Part shown: positions 57,456-64,000 of the stretch, in pieces
Numbering within the stretch: position 1 is the first letter of the stretch
Layout of the letters: each line of letters opens with the position of its first letter
Assembly (NCBI GenBank): GCA_000996895.1
Contig: LCBB01000005.1
Location: 11,421 to 75,420 of the forward strand
Direction: 5' to 3'
DNA length: 64,000 bases
Source: a candidate division WWE3 bacterium GW2011_GWC2_41_23
GTDB lineage: Bacteria; Patescibacteriota; WWE3; UBA101185; UBA10185
The notes under the pieces: model-generated
What the model was told of the DNA's origin: nothing
Database searches by the model: none
Seen by the model: only the letters and a program-made list of their open reading frames with translations
Program-made: the position numbers and the translations under genes

Positions 57456-58749
57456 TGGAAATATAACAATTGAAAATATAACAAAAGTTGAAGGGACAGC
57501 CGGAATTGACGTTACCATTGAGAACGACAGAGTAACCTCTCTTAAATTTATTATTAAAGACTACCGTAGATTTTATACTGAGGCTGTGCTCGGAAAGCCG
57601 TTTATCGCGTCCCCGTCCTTTTTGTCGAGAATTTGTGGTACCTGTTCGGTCGCCCATCTATTTGCGTCCCTCGAAGCTATTGAAAAGTCGCAGGATATTA
57701 AACTGACCGAGCAAACGCGGTTGTTACGAAGACTGGCTTACGACGGGCTGATGATACGCGACCATGCTTTGCACCTTTACTTTTTTGTTTTGCCCGATGT
57801 TTTGGGCATTGATTCGATTTTGGATATCCCCGACACTCACGATGACCCCGGGCACATACTGCTTCACGACTCGTTTGATATAAAAAAGCTCGGGACCGAC
57901 ATAACCGACGTAATAATAGGAGCTGCAATTCACGCTCCGTATCCGACGGTCGGAGGTTTTCTAAGAACCCCCGATCCGGCTAAATTTCCGGCGTTAATAG
58001 AACGTCTGGAAAAAATTAGGCCTCAGGTTTTAAGAGGAATTAAAACTTTTTATGATTACAAACAGGAACTTTTAAGCGATTCGGACTTTTTATGTCTAAG
58101 AAACGGTGTGAGTTTTGATTTCATTGAAGGAGAAATTACAAACTCCGACGGTAAGGCTATTTCCGAAAACAATTTTCATGACTTCCTTAAATCCGTCGTC
58201 GTTCCCTACTCTCAATCGGAAGGATACGTATTCTCCGACGAACACGACAACTACCTGGTAGGTTCTCTGGCGAGAATTAATTTTAATAAAGACTTGCTTA
58301 ATCCGAGAACCAAACAGGATTGTGCAGAATACTTAAATGTTTTCCCGTCTAAAAATGTTCATCATAATAATTTGGCTCAGGCAATAGAAATTCTTCAATG
58401 TGTGGACGACGCGCTTGATATTTTAAAAAGCATAAAAATAGTTGAGGAAAAGCCCGTCAAGATGCCAAAAAAGGCAGGTGTGGGGGTGGGAGTTGTAGAG
58501 GCTCCGAGAGGAACTTTGTACCACATGGCTAGAGTAAATGAAAAAGGAATGATTGAGGACTACGATGTTATTGTTCCAACTTCCCAGAACCAGATCAATA
58601 TAGAAAAAGATTTGAAAAAATACTTTGCCGCAAATCTGGATAAGCCGGAAGATGTTTTAAGAGTAGAGGCTGAGAAAATAATCCGCGCTTACGATCCCTG
58701 CATGTCCTGCGCAACCAACTTTTTAAAAATTAACTGGATACGCAAGTAG
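57448..58749 (+). CDS. [NiFe]-hydrogenase large subunit (group 3-like)
   Basis: L1 motif RICGTCSVAH (RxCGxCxxxH). L2 motif DPCMSCAT (DPCxxC). 433 aa. Confidence 0.85.
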   Translation: MHSGNITIENITKVEGTAGIDVTIENDRVTSLKFIIKDYRRFYTEAVLGKPFIASPSFLSRICGTCSVAHLFASLEAIEKSQDIKLTEQTRLLRRLAYDGLMIRDHALHLYFFVLPDVLGIDSILDIPDTHDDPGHILLHDSFDIKKLGTDITDVIIGAAIHAPYPTVGGFLRTPDPAKFPALIERLEKIRPQVLRGIKTFYDYKQELLSDSDFLCLRNGVSFDFIEGEITNSDGKAISENNFHDFLKSVVVPYSQSEGYVFSDEHDNYLVGSLARINFNKDLLNPRTKQDCAEYLNVFPSKNVHHNNLAQAIEILQCVDDALDILKSIKIVEEKPVKMPKKAGVGVGVVEAPRGTLYHMARVNEKGMIEDYDVIVPTSQNQINIEKDLKKYFAANLDKPEDVLRVEAEKIIRAYDPCMSCATNFLKINWIRK

Positions 58750-59090
58750 TCTAATTTCTTCTCCATCGGAAGTCCTATTATCGTAACATTCCCGAGCTTT
58801 CCGAGTTTCTTTAGGTATTTTAGTTGAAATCCCAAATCAAAATCGTGAACGGAAACCGAACCGGTATTTATAAGTTTGTCGAGGTCAGTGTCTTCGATTA
58901 GAGTAGGCTCGTCTATCCCTTCGACAGCGTCCATTATGTAAACGTGCTCTTCGGGTTCAAACGGGAGATCGGCGTTAGGAGCAACCTCTGCAAACTCAAT
59001 TTGCGGGAATATAGCACTCAACTTTTTTTGCGCGGTAAAAGCTTTGTTGTCTAACCCCAAATCTTTATTTCCGAATACATAAACTTTCAT
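58689..59090 (-). CDS. hydrogenase maturation endopeptidase (HycI/HybD family)
   Basis: VYVFGNKDLGLDNKAF, IMDAV and SVHDFDLG correspond to the HybD metal-ligand regions. Convergent with the large subunit, overlapping its 3' end by about 60 nt. Confidence 0.65.
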   Translation of the reverse strand: MKVYVFGNKDLGLDNKAFTAQKKLSAIFPQIEFAEVAPNADLPFEPEEHVYIMDAVEGIDEPTLIEDTDLDKLINTGSVSVHDFDLGFQLKYLKKLGKLGNVTIIGLPMEKKLDYLRIQLIFKKLVAQDMQGS

Positions 59091-59393
59091 AGGCAACCTT
59101 TATTTTACAACACGTTTAAGGCGCTCCAACTAAATTCAAGATTTACACTCCCCCCGAATTCATTAGGTTATTGCGGCAAGGATTCTGCCCCCGAAAAGTT
59201 TAAAGACTGCGTTATTAAAGGCAAGTGTGCCGGGGTTGAAGAGGAGTTTAAGCATTTTATTGTTTTACACCCGTATTTAAGGACTCTGTCTAAAATCACC
59301 GGTCTTCCGAAATTTTCTTATAAGGTTGTCGAGAGTTATTGGCTGGGAAACGACAAACTCCTTAAAGCAAAGAATAAAGACTACCCTACTTTA

Positions 59394-59816
59394 TTGAACT
59401 TTTTTGTAAAACAAGGGGTTCCTGAATGGTTTGTGGCCGAGCTTAAAAAAAGTAAGCCGAATAAATTTATTCCCACCCACCTATTTCAGGTTTTACACGT
59501 AGGCGTCGGAAGGGCAAGCGGCTCGGTCCCGTATAATCTGGAATCTATTAATAACTGCATGATCCGTTGGGGGAAAGTTGAAAAAGTTAATAGGAAAACG
59601 GCTGTAGTAAATTTGAATTCGTTGAAAAAAGTTAGGGGCGGTTACAAGCGCACACTTATTACCGAAACTTTTCCGTTTGTTGAAGGATTTGTTCCCGATC
59701 TAAAAGTAGGGGACACCGTGACGGTTCACTGGAAACAGATTGTAAAAATACTAAGTGAGGAAGAGATTGAAAAAATAACATTTTGGACGGATAAAGTACT
59801 GGAAAGTATCGGTTGA
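59394..59816 (+). CDS. hypothetical protein (TTG start; upstream in-frame open region lacks any start codon)
   Basis: 140 aa from the TTG at 59394. The frame is open for a further ~113 codons upstream to 59055 (contains CGKDSAPEKFKDCVIKGKC) with no in-frame ATG/GTG/TTG. Confidence 0.4.
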   Translation: MNFFVKQGVPEWFVAELKKSKPNKFIPTHLFQVLHVGVGRASGSVPYNLESINNCMIRWGKVEKVNRKTAVVNLNSLKKVRGGYKRTLITETFPFVEGFVPDLKVGDTVTVHWKQIVKILSEEEIEKITFWTDKVLESIG

Positions 59817-59819
59817 AAA

Positions 59820-59856
59820 AGAAAAACCGGACTTTTTTGTAAAATCCGGTTTTGGG
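59820..59856. terminator. bidirectional terminator between convergent genes
   Basis: aaaaccggacttttttgtaaaatccggtttt. Confidence 0.55.
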
Positions 59857-59858
59857 TA

Positions 59859-60197
59859 CTACCTCACTTTGATAACAACGGGTTTTCCTACAGCACTCTC
59901 GAGTGTAAATAAAATATCAGATTCGAGTTCTTTCCAGGTAAATGCTGAATTCTTCTCAACATATAAGCAAAAAGGTTTCAGCGCTACCTGCTCGATCCCA
60001 TCTATATCGTTAAGCTTCAAAATCAGGTTATGACCGATATAACCTACATTACTATCTTGAAGTAAGAATGGGTTCAGAGGAAATTCAAAAATTTCCATAC
60101 CCGAGTCGGAAATACGTTCGTGGACGTTATACTGTCTGAAATTACGTCCGCCCACCCGTCTGTCGATCTTCACAACCAAAGTTTCGTGGGTACACAT
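59859..60197 (-). CDS. hypothetical protein
   Basis: 112 aa, soluble. No motif recognised. Confidence 0.4.
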   Translation of the reverse strand: MCTHETLVVKIDRRVGGRNFRQYNVHERISDSGMEIFEFPLNPFLLQDSNVGYIGHNLILKLNDIDGIEQVALKPFCLYVEKNSAFTWKELESDILFTLESAVGKPVVIKVR

Positions 60198-60286
60198 TTC
60201 TTCCCTCCTTATTTCATGGTATCGACGGTTGATTTATCGCCGTTATTTTTGAATAGTGGTAATTATAAACCGATTGAAAATAGTGT

Positions 60287-61204
60287 CTATAGGATAGTAG
60301 AAGTATCGAGTTTTGCTGTAGGTACGGAGTTTCGTGAGAATAGAGCCAGCCCCGCGACTATCAAAACAGTTTGTGCCGTCAGAGTAACATTCCAGCCATG
60401 GGTGATGAATATGGCGGAAAGTATATTAGTAATAAGAGTCGAAGAAACCAGAACTGAAGTTACTACAACCGCCGGAGCGTGCTTTAAAGCCCGGTACCAG
60501 GTTGTGGTGTAAGCCAGCAAAAAAAGCACGGTTAATCCGATTAAAAAATATTGTTGTCCGTTTAAATTTAAACTTTTTTGCATCACCTGAGGCACTGTAA
60601 TTAATGTTGCGGACATAAGGACAACCGAACCTAATCCCATCCTGAAAGCCGTAACAATGTTTGAAGAAACAGTCGCTAAAACTTTTTTCGCGATAATATT
60701 TTCGACTGCCCATAAAACCGTTGCAACTAAAAGCATTAATTCTCCCTGAGAAAATTTAAAACCTTTAAAACCTCCGACAATAGTATTTCCCGCGAACAAC
60801 ATTAACACTCCCACAAACTGCCATTTAGAAACCTTCTCTTTTAATAACGGGATTGCCATCAGCATAACCCAAAACACTAAAGTTTTGTGAATAAGCGCGG
60901 CATTAATTGCGGGAGTTTGAGAAAGTCCGGTGAAATACAGATAGAAAGGGAGTGAACCTCCGACCAAACCGATTAGCACCAAATATCCTAGTTCTTTTTT
61001 TGTAAGGCGGACAATTTTCCTCCACTCTCCCGTAGCCAAAACTATGGAGATAATCAAAAAGGCAACTGCCAGATTTTTAACGGAGGTAAAATAAAGTGCG
61101 GGTTTAATGGCGTCAACGGCAAATTTGTTTACAAAAATGGAAATACCTGAAATTACAGCCGTAAGTAAGGCCAAATATATTCCTTGCATACTTTTTTTTG
61201 ACAT
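60287..61204 (-). CDS. EamA/DMT-superfamily transporter
   Basis: 305 aa with ten TM helices arranged as two EamA-like halves. Confidence 0.75.
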   Translation of the reverse strand: MSKKSMQGIYLALLTAVISGISIFVNKFAVDAIKPALYFTSVKNLAVAFLIISIVLATGEWRKIVRLTKKELGYLVLIGLVGGSLPFYLYFTGLSQTPAINAALIHKTLVFWVMLMAIPLLKEKVSKWQFVGVLMLFAGNTIVGGFKGFKFSQGELMLLVATVLWAVENIIAKKVLATVSSNIVTAFRMGLGSVVLMSATLITVPQVMQKSLNLNGQQYFLIGLTVLFLLAYTTTWYRALKHAPAVVVTSVLVSSTLITNILSAIFITHGWNVTLTAQTVLIVAGLALFSRNSVPTAKLDTSTIL

Positions 61205-61214
61205 AAATCTATAA

Positions 61215-61460
61215 CTAGTCAGGCCAAACCTGCTTACCGGTTTCGGTATCGGTTACGACAATTGCCTTTGTAGGGCATGACTGCGCGGCCATCAGTATGT
61301 TTTCGGCCTCGTCGGTTCCCTCTTCGATTACTACGGCTTTGCTCTTGTCGTCCAATTTAAACACAGAGGGAGATACAGCAACGCAGGATGCCGCACTTAT
61401 GCAGGCTTCTCTCAGGACCTTTATTTTATATTTTCCGATTTGAATTTCTTTATTTTCCAT
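61215..61460 (-). CDS. single-cluster ferredoxin (3-Cys, C-x2-A-x2-C ... CP pattern)
   Basis: EACISAASCVAV ... AQSCPTKAI. The central ligand is replaced by Ala, as in [3Fe-4S]/Pfu-type ferredoxins. Confidence 0.65.
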   Translation of the reverse strand: MENKEIQIGKYKIKVLREACISAASCVAVSPSVFKLDDKSKAVVIEEGTDEAENILMAAQSCPTKAIVVTDTETGKQVWPD

Positions 61461-61498
61461 TAGGTTATGTTAAAGAATTATTTAAACTTAGGCAACCT

Positions 61499-62356
61499 TC
61501 AGGTGTATTTTTTAAACAGCTCCCCGGCTGTGGCTCTGTCGACCGGTATTTCAATCAACGGTTTTTCTTTAATCTGCGAAATATTTTCTTCGTAAGAAGG
61601 TCTGTCCGACTTGTAAAAAATTCCCAAGGGTATTTTCTTTTCGCCGAACTCCGACGCTCTTTCCAGTGCCTTTTGTTTGTCCGACGGATTGTAACCTTCT
61701 TCAAGATAATAAATATTTTCGCGGTAAAAAGCGTGCGTGCAGACTTTATTAAATGTTACACAGGGTTGAAGAATATCTATCACCGACAAACCTTTGTGCT
61801 TGTTTGCCTCGACAATAATTTCTGTAAGCTTTGCCATATCTCCCGCGTATGCCCTGGCAACAAATGTAGCTCCTGAAATTATGGCTAATGCTAATGGATT
61901 AAACGGTTCATCGGGATTGCCCTGAGGAGTAGATTTAGTTTTGAAACCGTGCGCCGTCAACGGTGACGTCTGTCCCGTGGTTAATGAGTATAAGGAGTTG
62001 TCGTGAATAAGAACCGTCAGATCGTGATTTCTTCTGCAGGTGTGGATGAAGTGATTTCCGCCTTCTCCGAAACAATCTCCGTCTCCCGTGAATACAAAAA
62101 CGTTCAATCTGTTATTTACCATCTTAATGCCGGTAGCAACAGGCAAAGCTCTTCCGTGAAGTCCTTCAAAAGAGTTTATTTTCACAAAGTTGACTATGTG
62201 GCCGTGACAGCCTATTCCGGCAATAATTGCGGTATTTGAACTGTCCCAACCTTCCTGAACGGCAGCATTTTTAAAGGAACTCCAGATATTTAAATCACCG
62301 CAGCCCGGGCACCAGTTTGGAGAGTGCGGTGTTTGTAAATCAGTCATCTTTGTCAT
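61499..62356 (-). CDS. 2-oxoacid (pyruvate):ferredoxin oxidoreductase beta subunit (TPP-binding)
   Basis: PNWCPGCGD, GIGCHG, and the TPP/Mg site GDGDCFGEGGNHFIH. Confidence 0.9.
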   Translation of the reverse strand: MTKMTDLQTPHSPNWCPGCGDLNIWSSFKNAAVQEGWDSSNTAIIAGIGCHGHIVNFVKINSFEGLHGRALPVATGIKMVNNRLNVFVFTGDGDCFGEGGNHFIHTCRRNHDLTVLIHDNSLYSLTTGQTSPLTAHGFKTKSTPQGNPDEPFNPLALAIISGATFVARAYAGDMAKLTEIIVEANKHKGLSVIDILQPCVTFNKVCTHAFYRENIYYLEEGYNPSDKQKALERASEFGEKKIPLGIFYKSDRPSYEENISQIKEKPLIEIPVDRATAGELFKKYT

Positions 62357-64000
62357 TTCTTGCTCCTTATGTTATTAACCTTATCGATTATTTCTTCGGG
62401 GTAAATCTGGCGGCCGTCGTATTTAAGAAAACTTTCATTAATATTTATTTTTGTATTTTCTCTGATTAGTCTTTCCATCTGTCCGGTGTAGTTGCATTCA
62501 ACGTTAAGAATGTATTTTGATTTAGACAACATTTCGGTTAGTGCTTCCGCGGGAAATGGGCTCATCCAGTTTATGTGTACGTAATTTACGTTTTCTAAAC
62601 TTTTTAGAGCCTGAGTTATTGTTCCTTTGTTGCTTCCCCAGGAAACTATAGTTATTTCTGCGCTCTCCGGACCGAATAGTTGTGGTTTTTCCATATCCTG
62701 CTCTTTGCAGGTTTTGAGTTTGGTCATTCTTTTTTCCATCATTCTGTTTCTGTTATCGCTTTCTTCATTTGAGTAACCTTCTTCGTCGTGTTCATCGGAA
62801 TTTGCGATAAAAAAGTTTCCTACCCCCGGTATTGTTCGTTGAGAAATTCCTTCAGGGTCTGACGCGTATCTTTTATAACCTTCTATTTTTTGCATGTTAA
62901 GTTTTCCGCGGTCTATCTTATATTCCGGGTATTCATAGAGAGGAAAACTTTGCGCGTTTTCACAAATATTCTTGTCGATTATTAAAACGACGGGTGTCTG
63001 ATATTTATCGGCCAGGTTAAATGCTTTCATTGTAAGCTCAAAAACCTCTTTTGCGTCTCCTGCAGCTAAAACTATCCGTGGGAAATCACCCTGATGGGCG
63101 TTTAGTATCATTTGAAGGTCGCCCTGGTCGCTCCAGGTCGGTAAGCAGGTTGCAGGACCGGGACGCATTCCCTCTATAATTACCAACGGTGTTTCGGTCA
63201 TCCCCGCGAGCCCGTAGCCCTCGGTCATCAGGCAGAAACCTCCGCCTGAAGTGGATGTCATAGCTCTTGCCCCGGCGTAAGATGCTCCGATTGCCATATT
63301 TATTGCAGAAAGTTCGTCCTCGGGTTGCTTATATATGTATCCGTACTTTTCCTGGTTTTCGGCGAGAACTGCGAGAATATTTGAAATAGGGGACATCGGA
63401 TAAATTGCCGCGTATTGCAGTCCTGCAGAGATAGCTCCGAGGGCTACGCTTTCGTTTCCGTCAATTGCCATGTAGGGAACAAAATTACTTAGTGATTCTA
63501 AAGGACTTAAGGAATTCTTTAAATGCTGTTTGTAATTTTCCGTAACAAATTTAAAACCATTTTCAGCGGCTGTAACATTAACTTTTACTACCTCGTCTCC
63601 TTTGCTTCCGAACTCTTCCGAGATTAGGCCGTTTAGAATTATGAGGTTGCCGCCGAGAACTGCGGTAACGGCACCCAAAGCGACGGTGTTTATTAACAAA
63701 TCAGAGTTTCCGGCTTCTTTAGCAATTTTGGATAACGGCACCCCGATTAAAGCTACAGTAGAAGGAACTTTGGATGTGTCGATTTTGGCTTCAGAGTCAT
63801 ATATTAGACCTGCTTCTCCTGCAAATTCAGTGACATGTTTGTTAATTGTGTCCTGGTTTAATGCGATAAGAATATCGTTAACTTTTCTCGGCGCCGTAAC
63901 TTCTTCTTTGGAAATATTTACCTGTAAAACGTTATGACCGCCTTTAATTAAAGAAGGATATTCAATGTGGTTATATATGTGGTAGCCCGATCTAATAGCG
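62353..64000 (-). CDS. 2-oxoacid (pyruvate):ferredoxin oxidoreductase alpha subunit with fused N-terminal gamma domain (partial, N-terminus beyond window end)
   Basis: Alpha-domain motifs NGNESVALGAISAGLQYAAIYPMSPIS and GYGLAGMTETPLVI. The frame stays open upstream of the ORF-track GTG through 64000 (gamma-like region ...KGGHNVLQV...). ATGA overlap with the beta subunit. Confidence 0.85.
   Translation of the reverse strand, partial: AIRSGYHIYNHIEYPSLIKGGHNVLQVNISKEEVTAPRKVNDILIALNQDTINKHVTEFAGEAGLIYDSEAKIDTSKVPSTVALIGVPLSKIAKEAGNSDLLINTVALGAVTAVLGGNLIILNGLISEEFGSKGDEVVKVNVTAAENGFKFVTENYKQHLKNSLSPLESLSNFVPYMAIDGNESVALGAISAGLQYAAIYPMSPISNILAVLAENQEKYGYIYKQPEDELSAINMAIGASYAGARAMTSTSGGGFCLMTEGYGLAGMTETPLVIIEGMRPGPATCLPTWSDQGDLQMILNAHQGDFPRIVLAAGDAKEVFELTMKAFNLADKYQTPVVLIIDKNICENAQSFPLYEYPEYKIDRGKLNMQKIEGYKRYASDPEGISQRTIPGVGNFFIANSDEHDEEGYSNEESDNRNRMMEKRMTKLKTCKEQDMEKPQLFGPESAEITIVSWGSNKGTITQALKSLENVNYVHINWMSPFPAEALTEMLSKSKYILNVECNYTGQMERLIRENTKININESFLKYDGRQIYPEEIIDKVNNIRSKK

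Noticed and set aside
57047-57933. Minus-strand ORFs 57047-57295, 57433-57657, 57698-57928, 57724-57933
   Set aside because: Antisense to the hydrogenase small and large subunit genes.
61388-63937. + strand ORFs 61388-61876, 62003-62239, 63602-63937
   Set aside because: Antisense to the ferredoxin/POR genes.
1-64000. Alternative genetic code (UGA recoding, as in some CPR lineages)
   Set aside because: Long ORFs with recognisable domains are intact under the standard code and are not broken at TGA, so code 11 fits.
1-64000. CRISPR arrays, IS elements, integrases, rRNA genes
   Set aside because: No regularly spaced short repeats, no transposase/integrase-like ORFs and no rRNA-like conserved blocks were seen. 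The only short exact repeats are the tRNA-Leu 3'-end copies and the terminator modules.

Overview
AT-rich, gene-dense bacterial chromosomal fragment (standard genetic code; long ORFs are intact, and near-consensus sigma70-like promoters and rho-independent terminators are readable). Gene content is consistent with an anaerobic, fermentative, small-genome lineage such as Patescibacteria/CPR, but that is inference. The first ~18 kb is dominated by a family of large polytopic GT-C-like membrane proteins (candidate surface glycosyltransferases), mixed with housekeeping genes (RsuA-type pseudouridine synthase, trxB, Fe/Mn SOD). A tRNA cluster (Leu-TAA, Arg-TCT, Gly-TCC, all on the minus strand) lies at 7.3-8.7 kb, and the 3' 21 nt of tRNA-Leu is repeated twice more just downstream, resembling integration-site scars. 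The middle of the window holds pcm, HIT, two SAM methyltransferases, a clear bacterial ELP3 homologue (radical SAM plus GNAT), cyclophilin, a sugar-use cluster (ROK kinase, GH-A hydrolase, GH1 beta-glucosidase), pyruvate kinase, thermonuclease and a cupredoxin. A ~0.75 kb ORF-free stretch (40.8-41.6 kb) is the strongest candidate for something undescribed: it has a near-consensus promoter, a terminator, strong A+C strand bias and an internal ~135-nt imperfect direct repeat, suggesting a large ncRNA. Downstream lie many secreted proteins (DUF333, DUF642, Gmad2-like, HExxH, Excalibur), a recurring promoter-like motif, a P-type ATPase, and a compact hydrogenase locus next to a ferredoxin and a pyruvate/2-oxoacid:ferredoxin oxidoreductase that runs off the window end. 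The hydrogenase locus has hypC, a single-cluster small subunit, a [NiFe] large subunit and a maturation protease, with no diaphorase subunits in the locus. No CRISPR array, transposase, integrase or rRNA gene was found.
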